DNA of 64,000 nt. It comes from an uncultured virus (IMG/VR IMGVR_UViG_3300029705_000102) (lineage: Duplodnaviria > Heunggongvirae > Uroviricota > Caudoviricetes). Below are positions 50,871 to 60,560 of this stretch, piece by piece. The translations under genes were made by a program, and so were the position numbers. The stretch lies in the IMG/VR virus record IMGVR_UViG_3300029705_000102, one strand, 5' to 3'. The notes under the pieces were generated by a model. It worked only from the letters and a program-made list of their open reading frames with translations, did not search any database and was not told the DNA's origin. Positions within the stretch are counted from its first letter, which is position 1, and every line of letters begins with the position of its first letter.

Positions 50871-51506
50871 ATGTTTAATCCAAATATGCATTTATTTTTC
50901 GATAAAGATGAAAGAGAGCCTGCTCTTAGATATCTTGTTATGAAATTCTTCAACGGAATGGAAAATAAAATGGATACAAGAGCATTGGCTGCTATGATTG
51001 ATATGATGTATGGTGTAAATACAGTAAAGATGGCAAATTATCTGGCTGTAGAAACCACTATAGTTGAAAAATATGAAAAAGCAATATTAGAATATTGCTC
51101 ATTCGTAGATATTGATGCTGAGATTATGTCATATAATCCAGGACAATTTGTTGTTAAGTCAATAGTCAATCAGGCTTTAAAAGGTCCAGAATCTTTTGCA
51201 CCATTAATGTACTGGGATCCTGGTAGAGAGTGGAATTTTAATAATGTGCCAAAAGAAGGAGCTTTAATGAATCCTTTAAATCATTACGTTCATTCTTCTC
51301 TTACTTTAAAGAATGTAGAATACCAAAAACTTCGCAATTTTGCTGTAAAAGCTTTACGTGAAGATTTTAAACTACTTAATAAAGCTTTTAATGATTTAGA
51401 TAAGCAGAATACGAATAAAACTGCTACTCTAACAATTGAGCTTTTACCATGTGATACTTATAAAAATATAATAAATATCACAGATACATTACATTTGTAT
51501 TTTTAA
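50871..51506 (+). CDS. Hypothetical protein
   Basis: AGGAGG RBS; operon spacing. Confidence 0.8.
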   Translation: MFNPNMHLFFDKDEREPALRYLVMKFFNGMENKMDTRALAAMIDMMYGVNTVKMANYLAVETTIVEKYEKAILEYCSFVDIDAEIMSYNPGQFVVKSIVNQALKGPESFAPLMYWDPGREWNFNNVPKEGALMNPLNHYVHSSLTLKNVEYQKLRNFAVKALREDFKLLNKAFNDLDKQNTNKTATLTIELLPCDTYKNIINITDTLHLYF

Positions 51507-51520
51507 GGAGGAGAAAAAAA

Positions 51521-51883
51521 ATGGATTACTTGATAGAGCATTTTATAAGAGTTCTAGATTCTTATAAGACCTTGAGAAAGGAATATACAAGAAATAGTGA
51601 TGGTAGCTATACCATTGATATTTATGATATCCCTCCAGAACTAGATCTAGAGCTTTCTAGACTTAGCTACGATGAGGTTATAGGACAGAAAGAGACTAAA
51701 GATAAACATGGACGTGTTATTGGAGTAGAAAAGATTACTCAAACTACAATGTGTTTTGTTGGTATCGGAGAAGGACTTAATCTTAGGCTTGTTCTCGATA
51801 AAGATACATATGCTAAAAAGATGAATCTAATAGATCCAATTCTTAGGAGATATTTTGCAGCACATCGAAACCTCGGCTTTTAA
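51521..51883 (+). CDS. Hypothetical protein
   Basis: GGAGG RBS. Confidence 0.8.
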   Translation: MDYLIEHFIRVLDSYKTLRKEYTRNSDGSYTIDIYDIPPELDLELSRLSYDEVIGQKETKDKHGRVIGVEKITQTTMCFVGIGEGLNLRLVLDKDTYAKKMNLIDPILRRYFAAHRNLGF

Positions 51884-51928
51884 AAATGATAAGGATAGAA
51901 CGAAAATCGTTCTATCCTTATCATTTTT
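51882..51928. terminator. Bidirectional terminator
   Basis: 22-bp perfect inverted repeat between convergent genes. Confidence 0.85.
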
Positions 51929-52694
51929 ATACAGTAAAGATAAGAGGCTGATGCGCATTAGCAGCAGAAACATGAGCATCATCTAGTCTTTCTATAATCT
52001 CATCTCTCTTAGAAGCCTTACTCTCAAGATCCCCAATCTTAATATCGATATTTGCAAATACAGTTTCTAATCCTTCATAATACTTTAAATTTTCATACAA
52101 GAATTTAGCTACATCTGCTTCAGCCAATTCTTCAAAAATTTCCATCATAGAAGGGGGAATAGTCATAAGATTAGGAGCATGTTTAATAAATATTTCTAAT
52201 GGAAAAGAATTCATTCCTCTCGTAATGTCTGCTCCAGTAACAGTTGAAATCTTAACCATATTAGGAGGTCTATATTCTACAAAGATCTGGTTGTTGAATA
52301 GCGACATATGGTCAGCTCTCATTTGTAGGAGAGCAATATCATCTAAACCATAATTATTTGTCATAAAATCATAAGTTCCATATCCTTGTGCTTCTTGCAG
52401 CCTTAAACTATCTCTTGAAAATAGAGACCAGTCTATATCTCTTACTCCTATAACTTCAACACCCTCTGGTACATATTCATCGATAAGGTAATAGCCATCT
52501 CTTCTTCTTTGAGCTAGGCTAATTTGTATATGCATAGAATTTGGAAAATATCTACTAAAAGTATCAAGTGTTTCGTTAGCTATAACTTCTTCGGCCCAAA
52601 CAGATTTGCATATATCTTCAGGAAGATTTAGCTGTTTAGTGCCAAGACGACGCTCTATTTTATTCAATAAGGCGTTCATTTTATTCATTGGCAT
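51927..52694 (-). CDS. Hypothetical late protein, possibly neck/head-completion
   Basis: GGAGGTG RBS; next to terminase; N-terminal IERRLG reminiscent of T4 gp13-like neck proteins. Confidence 0.55.
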   Translation of the reverse strand: MPMNKMNALLNKIERRLGTKQLNLPEDICKSVWAEEVIANETLDTFSRYFPNSMHIQISLAQRRRDGYYLIDEYVPEGVEVIGVRDIDWSLFSRDSLRLQEAQGYGTYDFMTNNYGLDDIALLQMRADHMSLFNNQIFVEYRPPNMVKISTVTGADITRGMNSFPLEIFIKHAPNLMTIPPSMMEIFEELAEADVAKFLYENLKYYEGLETVFANIDIKIGDLESKASKRDEIIERLDDAHVSAANAHQPLIFTV

Positions 52695-52780
52695 AATGAT
52701 AACACCTCCATATAAACTTTATTTATTATAAATGTTAAACGATTAAGAGGAGCATGAACAACATGCTCCTCCAATCTATA

Positions 52781-54958
52781 TTACCAATATTTACTTAAAT
52801 TACCGACATTAATAGTATCCTTCATATACTCTTCTTCAGGATCGCTGTTAAAGTTTAAAAATACATCTGTTGGGATAGTTTGCACAGTAGTCTGTGCCTG
52901 AGGAACTACAACATGATACCTATCAGCCAAAGTCTTCTGAACTAGTTTATCATTTAATAGTCTATCCATAGCAGCTTGATCTCTTGCTGTTTCAGACTTC
53001 ATCCAATCTTCATATAATTGACGACCAGGAGCATTTTCCAACTCTTCGAGCTGTTCATTAATCTCCTCATTATCAGAAATATCAAGAGTTTGAGTCATAT
53101 CAGACTGGGGTTCACGAATATCGGTTACGGCTTCTTCCAGATCTGCATCTGTTCTAAGCACACGTCTTGTGATACCCCAGTTGTTCATTAAGTCTCCACC
53201 TTTATAATATACATAAAGCGCCCATAGCCATGAAAATACTTGGTCGTCGTGAGTATTGGAACTGTGTTCGACTTTACCATTCTTTTTAACTTCCATGCCG
53301 CAGAGTTCTTCATATATTGTAGGTGAAATAATTTTATCTTTATGGTATTCTACACGATCTCTTAATATCTCAACGAGTTCTTCACGCTCTGCTTTTGTAG
53401 AATCAGATCCGTAAACTTTAGTTTTCTGTGTTCTCTTATGAATAGCAGATCCCATTATTCTTTCTTCAACAACCTTATCCTTAATTGTATAGAATAGATT
53501 TTTCTTGATTGAAGTTTGTAATAGGCGTGCTATAACACTAGATCCAAAACCGCCGTTACGTTCTATATTTACTACAGCATTGGGCAACCATTGAGAAACG
53601 ATGTGGTGAATAACCATTGCTAATTCTGGTGTAGAAATAAAGTTGCTATTGAGTTCTGCAACTACTCTTGTACTATAAGAGTCTACTACCGTAATAGCAG
53701 ATGAGTCTCTTTGATATCCTCCAGATACGTCAACACCAATAATCGGAGGATATTGAATATTGAATCTTTCAAATATCTTTAATTCATACTTGTTGAATAG
53801 AAGTATTGTATTAATCGGCTGTCTCAATAGACCTTTAATAGTATCAAGATCTTCAGCTCTAAAGGGAGAATTTTCAGAAGAATTCGACCATTCGAGAAGA
53901 ACCTCGCGGCGGATATCATCCCACTTCTTATTCATCGCCATGCAAAGCTGCTTGAACCACTGTTCAGTCTTACCAAGCTGCTGATATGTATACTTAATAT
54001 ATACGAATGTAGAATTCGTATTTGTCTCAATAATATTTTGAATTTGTTCCTTGCTAAGATCATACCATCTTTCGCTAAACGGAGTTGCAGCCTCTTTAAG
54101 GTTGAATGCCTCAATACCCTCATCTGTTGTAAGCATACCAGGAGTTGTTGTAATTAGCATACCATAAGGAGTTCCATTACGTCTAGCATTATTAGATGCA
54201 GTATTAAATGCAGGGACCATGTTTGTATAAATAATCGTATTATACTGAATAAAGCCATACTCGTCTATATAAATTAAAGGCGTTGTACGACCACGCATTA
54301 GGCTGGCTGCTGCAACTTTGTTTCTTGCAGATGCTACTGTTCTAATACGGTTATTATTAACTGGGTGCTGCATAGTCTCTACGTTATTCTTTCCTCTAAC
54401 CTTTACACCATCCGGTCCAAAGGCCTGGTCCATAACAAGATAACTTGGTAGCAGTTCACGTATATCTTTAATACGCTGCAAGTTTAATTTAGAGTCTTCA
54501 AATTTCTTATTTAAGAATGTCATTTCAGCATTTGCCGTTCCAAAATTAAACAAATACAAATACCATGCAAGACTCGAAATAGTTTTACCTGTCTGACGAG
54601 GCTGCTCTAAGAAAATATTCAAATTCATCATCAGACAGAAAAGAAGAGCTAAATTTCCACGGGTTAATTCGAATTTAACACCAGTCTTTTGACCAGAGTC
54701 TGGAATACGAACAACTTCTCTGAAAAAGTACCATGGATTATATATACATTCTCGTAAAACTTTTTGTTTCATGATCGAATTTAAATTAGGATCATGAGGA
54801 TCAATTCTGGCCAAATCAGGATCTAGCAATACGAGCATAAATCTATAGTTTCCTATACCAGTTTCTTTCAAATAATTTGAAACTTCCAGGAAACTTTTAT
54901 TAGTCGTACTCATATGATAGTAGATTGTGGTCTGTGTTTTACCATACATTACGGCCAT
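52781..54958 (-). CDS. terL: Terminase large subunit
   Basis: Walker A PRQTGKT, Walker B YIDEYGF, ITTTPG, nuclease GVDVSGG, IERN, HDD. Confidence 0.93.
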   Translation of the reverse strand: MAVMYGKTQTTIYYHMSTTNKSFLEVSNYLKETGIGNYRFMLVLLDPDLARIDPHDPNLNSIMKQKVLRECIYNPWYFFREVVRIPDSGQKTGVKFELTRGNLALLFCLMMNLNIFLEQPRQTGKTISSLAWYLYLFNFGTANAEMTFLNKKFEDSKLNLQRIKDIRELLPSYLVMDQAFGPDGVKVRGKNNVETMQHPVNNNRIRTVASARNKVAAASLMRGRTTPLIYIDEYGFIQYNTIIYTNMVPAFNTASNNARRNGTPYGMLITTTPGMLTTDEGIEAFNLKEAATPFSERWYDLSKEQIQNIIETNTNSTFVYIKYTYQQLGKTEQWFKQLCMAMNKKWDDIRREVLLEWSNSSENSPFRAEDLDTIKGLLRQPINTILLFNKYELKIFERFNIQYPPIIGVDVSGGYQRDSSAITVVDSYSTRVVAELNSNFISTPELAMVIHHIVSQWLPNAVVNIERNGGFGSSVIARLLQTSIKKNLFYTIKDKVVEERIMGSAIHKRTQKTKVYGSDSTKAEREELVEILRDRVEYHKDKIISPTIYEELCGMEVKKNGKVEHSSNTHDDQVFSWLWALYVYYKGGDLMNNWGITRRVLRTDADLEEAVTDIREPQSDMTQTLDISDNEEINEQLEELENAPGRQLYEDWMKSETARDQAAMDRLLNDKLVQKTLADRYHVVVPQAQTTVQTIPTDVFLNFNSDPEEEYMKDTINVGNLSKYW

Positions 54959-55066
54959 AAGATTAGCCTCCTTTCTTATAAAATGAAAAGAGAAATTTTA
55001 TATTAATTATAAGTTGGCTGCTAAAGAAAATATGAGGAGTCCGAAGACTCCTCATATCGTGTGTGT

Positions 55067-55888
55067 TTAGACCTTCTTTTTCAGACAATAATTCTGAATC
55101 TCATTTGCAATATGATTTTCGAGATTTACTATAAAAATATCTCCAGTTTTAGCTACAAGCCTAACCTGACTGCCATTATTAATAACAGTTGCAGACTCGT
55201 ACAAGAAATCAATCTGATTGATCAAAGATCTGATATTAGCAGATTCATTCTTAATATAGCTAAGCACGCTAGCATTTGTAATAGGAATAAGCAGTCCATT
55301 TTTATTCATAGATTCGATAGGCTTATTAGCAAATCCTGCAGATTCTGTTACAAGCTTCGTAGTATATGCATGAGGATGAGAAGGATAGATAACTCTATCC
55401 CAAGTAATAACTTTAAGATTTTGAACGACATTACGACCCTTAATAGTTTCAAGAGATCCAAGAGCTCTCAAAGACCAGCTAGGAAGAACTCCTTCTCTAA
55501 GATCCTGGTCAAATTCTTCACCAAGAGCATTATTTGTACCCTTAAAATGAGCCATAACATTATTTCCATCCATCCAAATCTTAAGGAAACGAGCTACGGT
55601 ATTATTGGGATCAATAGTCTGCTGACGAATCATAGCACTATCCATAGGATGACCATTCTCGGACAGCATATTTCCCGTACTAAGCAATTCTTTTGTTCTT
55701 GCGCAATTTATTTCACGAAGAAGATCGTTATGAAGATAGCAGCGGCCATTTCTATTTTCTTCTTCTGCAGTTTGAATAATTCCTTCTCCAATTACTCTTT
55801 TGCCATTCTCAGAAATAACCTTTGCTTCCTGAGCTTCCAAAGGAGCACTTTCGAGGATTACATATCCAATCGTTTTATTCATAGGCAT
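55067..55888 (-). CDS. Prohead core protease (T4 gp21-like)
   Basis: NRNGRCY, ENGHP, WSLRALGS, WDRVIYPS.PHAY. Confidence 0.9.
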   Translation of the reverse strand: MPMNKTIGYVILESAPLEAQEAKVISENGKRVIGEGIIQTAEEENRNGRCYLHNDLLREINCARTKELLSTGNMLSENGHPMDSAMIRQQTIDPNNTVARFLKIWMDGNNVMAHFKGTNNALGEEFDQDLREGVLPSWSLRALGSLETIKGRNVVQNLKVITWDRVIYPSHPHAYTTKLVTESAGFANKPIESMNKNGLLIPITNASVLSYIKNESANIRSLINQIDFLYESATVINNGSQVRLVAKTGDIFIVNLENHIANEIQNYCLKKKV

Positions 55889-55955
55889 TGTATACGCACC
55901 TCCTAGTTTCATTTATCGATATGTTGGCAGTTTAAGACTTTTTAGGCATTAAAAA

Positions 55956-56330
55956 GATATTACAAAGCCAACGATATAATGAGAGATTATTTCGATTACG
56001 GGTATGTAAGCGTGTGGATACAGGTGATCGATACTTTTATCAAAATGTATTTTGCATTTGATAAGAGGACATCTCTTATATAAGTTTATTAAGAACTCGA
56101 GAGCTTAATAAACTTTGGGAGGATATGAAAGCTGAAGAAGTATATTTCGTAAATATATAGACCCTAAACTATATATTTGCTATAGCGATATATACGTCTT
56201 TTCTAGATTTGGAGGTGATGGCCCAAATCTAGAGAAAATAATGAGATGACTAATGAATGAAATGTATGTAAGGTCCCTTTATACAGGGCCCGGCCTATAG
56301 GCTGAGTCTAAGCAGCCTATAGGTTTTACT
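55956..56330 (+). ncRNA. Candidate structured non-coding region made of serial hairpins
   Basis: No long ORF; five or more inverted repeats; terminator-like stem ending near 56328. Confidence 0.35.
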
Positions 56331-56511
56331 TTTTAAAAATAACATATATTTGAAGCTCGTGAGATTTTTTCTTTTCTGGTTTTATTCCTTTCACCCGTGT
56401 ACTCAGTCCTAGAGTGCACGGGGCTTTTATTTTATATAATAGCTATATATTATAAAAATAAGAAGTACGAAACTTCTTAATAAAAAAAAATAAATTTTGG
56501 AGGACTACGAA

Positions 56512-57102
56512 ATGGAACACATTGTAAGTTTTAAGAACAACAAGAAGCATGAATGTGATTGTGGCGAAAACTGTTCTTGTAATAAAAATACAGCTGTTGC
56601 TGCAAAAATCACATATCAAGAAGTAGCTATGGGCAAGATCAATCAGCTCATGGACTATGAGCAGACTCTATTCGAAGGAGTTCTTCCTAGAATGGAAGAA
56701 GCTCAGTTTAGAATTAGTGATGAAGGATATTTTGTAAGACCTAAGAATTGCGAAGCTCCGCAGCTTGCGGCTTATTTTCCTGCAATGGCTCTTCATGGTG
56801 TTAGCCACGAACCTCATAGTTGCGCAATGACTATGATTGCTGCTACGGATAAAGGTCTTAGGTATGCACTTCCTGAAGAAGATGGTAAGATTGCAGATGG
56901 TGGGCTTGTTTGTACACCTTGTATGATTGGAAATGCTCAGAGACCTAGTGCTCTTCTTATTCCTCTTGCTCATCCTGATATTGTTAGAGATGGCGTTGAG
57001 ATTGCTATGCAGATTCATAATAATATGCTGGATCAGATTGACGCTATGAAAAATGGATTGAGCGATAATGCGGAGCATATTGCTGTAAACATTCCTGATT
57101 AA
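56512..57102 (+). CDS. Early hypothetical protein with an N-terminal Cys cluster
   Basis: GGAGG RBS; TATATTAT at 56446; HECDCGENCSC. Confidence 0.85.
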   Translation: MEHIVSFKNNKKHECDCGENCSCNKNTAVAAKITYQEVAMGKINQLMDYEQTLFEGVLPRMEEAQFRISDEGYFVRPKNCEAPQLAAYFPAMALHGVSHEPHSCAMTMIAATDKGLRYALPEEDGKIADGGLVCTPCMIGNAQRPSALLIPLAHPDIVRDGVEIAMQIHNNMLDQIDAMKNGLSDNAEHIAVNIPD

Positions 57103-57227
57103 GCTTTTATCATAAAGGCAGAAGTAGAAAAGGCTTCTGCCTTTATTTTTTTTTCTAAAGTCATTGAATTACTTTACTTGACGTCTAACTTATAAATAAT
57201 CAAAAATAGAGGGAGGCGGCAACTAGC

Positions 57228-59639
57228 ATGAAACAAGCACAAGTTAAAGATATTAATAATAGATTGCATTGTCTTACCAAAATCAATAATGCTCAGTCAC
57301 AGAATAAGAATCGTTCTTTTCTAGAAGGAGCACAATTTGTTTTGAAACAAAACAGACCAGGAGATATTAAGCGGCACATTGAGGCGGCCGCTTATTCAAA
57401 TCGTGAAGTTCCATTTTATGCAGTAATGGAACTATTCGATGCTTTAGCTATAAATGGGACTCCTAGCGATATTTCTAAAATGGCAAGCATTATTGCAGAA
57501 AATATTGTTCCTAAAACCAGAAATGCTAAAGAGATGCAAACTTTGATGAAACGCAAAAATACTTCTATTGCTCATAAAGTATATGCTAATTATGATCGTA
57601 AAGATGGCCATACAAGCGGAGGAATAAATTCTTCTAAAGCCGTAGCTGATCAGAAAAAAGCAGAACAAAATACTGCTGCTATCAAAGAAGGGTATCAAAC
57701 CATTCTTGATGAAATCAATATTTGTATTGCTTGCGATAGAGTTCTAGAAAACTATAATAGGATTTCGAAAAGATTTAATCTTGAGTATCTTATTAATGAA
57801 AATACAAAGCATAATGGTGTTAAAGACACCATAGTCGAATTATGCACAAGAATTGATACATATGAAATGCCAAATGCTGTAAAATTTAATACAGTTATTG
57901 AAACAGCGCTATATGGATTCAGTCAGAATAATATTGAATTCAATAAATCTGATATTATAGAAACTGCATTGAATTACTTTGCGTTCAAGCCAAATGGTTT
58001 AAAAGAATGCGGAGAAGTTATGGATGCTACTATTTTCTATGATAAGGAATCTGATAGCAATGATAATATTAAAATGCTAATGGAAGATCAACCGGAAGAT
58101 GATAGAAACGATATTCAAGAGCAGATTTCTGCATTTTATGCTGGAACAATTTCTGAATCTGTTGAATTCTCAGAATTATTCAATAAATTTAAGAAAGAAG
58201 AAGCATCTAAAGATGAAAAAACTCTTATGACTCGTTTTAAGTCATTAATTTCTAAGCTTTATGCTAGAAACGTAAATAGCGTTGTAGAAGACACCCCTGA
58301 TCTTTTACAGTGGATTAGATCTTTCTTTATTATTGGATCTGCTGCAATTCCGATCGTTGGCCCTATTTGTATGATTATAGGGTTTATTGCAGATAGATTT
58401 ATTTCTATTCATATGAATAGAGAAGAGTCTGAAAAAATGGCTAAATACTTTGCTAATGAAATAAAAGCTAGTAAAGCAAAATTGGAGAGCTCTAATAATG
58501 CTGAAGATAAGGAGAGACTTGAAAAATATATTAAATCTCTTGAAGAAGCTCATGAAAAGATTACTATGTATTACATGGATCTTCGTGGGGATAATGAAGA
58601 GTACGAAATTCCTAGTGCTGAATCTAATAAAGATGAATTTGATTTCGATGATGATTTCTTCGATGATGAATTCGAAGATGATGATCTTTTAGAGTCGGTT
58701 TTCTTTAAGAAAAGTGCTAAATTAACAGAAGCTGTTGGAGAGTTCGTGCTCGATAATCCGCTTTCTGATTCTTCTATTTATAATCTTGCTTCAGAAGCAG
58801 ATGATGAAGATCTTATAAACCTATGTAGTCTCGCTACAATGTATCCTGATGAATTCCACAAGGATTCAATTTGCCAGGCTATTAGAGATAAATTAGTAGA
58901 TATCAGATCTGATAAAATAGTTTTCGAATCTACAATATCTAGAGTTACAAAGATTGCTGCACTATATGATGCTCTCAATATTCTTGAGTCTAATTCTATA
59001 TCAACTAATGATCCACATTCGTTGAAAGATATGATGATGAAAGTTTATTACTTTGGAGAGGCATATCAAGCAGTTGTAAGAATGAGTAATGCAATTGCTG
59101 AGAAGAATAATTCTATTCTTGAAGCATCTTTTGGTAATAGTATTAAGCTTGCATCGTTAAAACTTAAACAGGCTATGACAAAGCTAAAAGATAAGGATAA
59201 GCAAATTTCTCGAAATATCGATATTAGCATGAATAACTTTAAGAAATCGGCAGAAAGAGCACTTACAAATGATAATAGAGAAGCCATTATCAAAGGAAGT
59301 GTATTGCCTTCTGCATCAAAGATTGTAAAGATAGCACTTGCTACTGGAATCACGGCTCTCATTAATCCCGTAATTGCAGTAATTGGCCTACTTGGATATC
59401 TCGGATGCTCTGCTAAATTTAAAGCAAAAGAGCGTCAGATGATTATTGATGAGCTAGAGATCGAGTTGAAAATGTGTCAAAAGTATATTGATATTGCTGA
59501 GCAGAAAAATGATATGAAGGCTCTTAAACAGTTGCTTCAAACTCAGAGAGAGCTTGAGCGTCAGAAACAGCGTATTAAATATAAAATGCAAGTTGACTTT
59601 GGTCAAAAGTATTATGATGCTAAGTCTGATGATGACTAA
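57228..59639 (+). CDS. Probable internal head/virion protein
   Basis: Late-type promoter at 57187-57199; near the capsid gene; many (L/I)xE-(S/A) sites; two hydrophobic hairpins. Confidence 0.6.
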   Translation: MKQAQVKDINNRLHCLTKINNAQSQNKNRSFLEGAQFVLKQNRPGDIKRHIEAAAYSNREVPFYAVMELFDALAINGTPSDISKMASIIAENIVPKTRNAKEMQTLMKRKNTSIAHKVYANYDRKDGHTSGGINSSKAVADQKKAEQNTAAIKEGYQTILDEINICIACDRVLENYNRISKRFNLEYLINENTKHNGVKDTIVELCTRIDTYEMPNAVKFNTVIETALYGFSQNNIEFNKSDIIETALNYFAFKPNGLKECGEVMDATIFYDKESDSNDNIKMLMEDQPEDDRNDIQEQISAFYAGTISESVEFSELFNKFKKEEASKDEKTLMTRFKSLISKLYARNVNSVVEDTPDLLQWIRSFFIIGSAAIPIVGPICMIIGFIADRFISIHMNREESEKMAKYFANEIKASKAKLESSNNAEDKERLEKYIKSLEEAHEKITMYYMDLRGDNEEYEIPSAESNKDEFDFDDDFFDDEFEDDDLLESVFFKKSAKLTEAVGEFVLDNPLSDSSIYNLASEADDEDLINLCSLATMYPDEFHKDSICQAIRDKLVDIRSDKIVFESTISRVTKIAALYDALNILESNSISTNDPHSLKDMMMKVYYFGEAYQAVVRMSNAIAEKNNSILEASFGNSIKLASLKLKQAMTKLKDKDKQISRNIDISMNNFKKSAERALTNDNREAIIKGSVLPSASKIVKIALATGITALINPVIAVIGLLGYLGCSAKFKAKERQMIIDELEIELKMCQKYIDIAEQKNDMKALKQLLQTQRELERQKQRIKYKMQVDFGQKYYDAKSDDD

Positions 59640-59731
59640 TACAAAAGGAAGGATCTTTTTGATCCTTCCTTTTTATTTATGCTGGTTCAACATTAAATTA
59701 AATATTTTTCAGAAAAGGAGGAAAACTTTAT

Positions 59732-60454
59732 ATGGGTCTTTTCTTTCCAAGATATAAGGTAAAACCACTTAATGAAGTAGAATTAGACGGTCAATCTTCT
59801 GAAAATGAAGATGGTACTGAAGGTACTACAGACTATAGTGCTCAAGCTGAAGATGGAGACAATACTACAGCTACTACGGAAGAGCCTACCGATAATAATG
59901 ATAATCCCCCTGAAGACCAAAGCACTTCTAATAATGAAGAGGATAATACTTCAGCAGATGATACTGGTTTAGGTGATGGTATGGAAAATCCAGAGGATGA
60001 TTCTACAGATTATTCTGCCATGGGAGATGAGGGAAGTAATGATAATACTAATGATAATAACAGTAATAGTACACCCTCGACAAATAACGATGGCGAACAA
60101 AGTTCTATAGATGAACTTAAACGTCAAGAAGAAGAAATGTACGCAGATTTAACTCCTGAGCAATTAGATATCAAACATCGTGAACTGAAGACTCAATTCT
60201 TATCAATGTTTGATTTGACAACTCAGATTATTGAAAGAATTAATGATGCTGCAACAACAGAAGAAAATATGCCTATTATAGAATTTGTATCTAATAAGCT
60301 CTCTTCGCTTAGAGACATGATGACAGATTATATAAATAGTGTATATAAAACTAAGTCTTATATTGAAAATTCCATTAATTATAATAAATTTCTTGCTATT
60401 TTGAACGGAATTAATAAAATTCTAGAGGAAATGAATCAAAAAGAAGTTAAATAA
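59732..60454 (+). CDS. Acidic low-complexity protein, possible scaffold/core protein
   Basis: D/E/N/T-rich N-terminal half and helical C-terminus; directly upstream of the capsid gene. Confidence 0.6.
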   Translation: MGLFFPRYKVKPLNEVELDGQSSENEDGTEGTTDYSAQAEDGDNTTATTEEPTDNNDNPPEDQSTSNNEEDNTSADDTGLGDGMENPEDDSTDYSAMGDEGSNDNTNDNNSNSTPSTNNDGEQSSIDELKRQEEEMYADLTPEQLDIKHRELKTQFLSMFDLTTQIIERINDAATTEENMPIIEFVSNKLSSLRDMMTDYINSVYKTKSYIENSINYNKFLAILNGINKILEEMNQKEVK

Positions 60455-60560
60455 TGTTTTTCAATTCTGACTTATCATAACATCATGGTAAAAATATTGT
60501 CCGTAATCAGGGCGTATTTGAAACATCTTATATTAAGCTTAATAGAAAGGAGCATTTAAT

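Noticed and set aside
6854..54958. Group I introns or inteins in RNAP, polymerase, helicase or terminase genes
   Set aside because: Reading frames are continuous, with no homing-endonuclease ORFs or intein terminal motifs seen.
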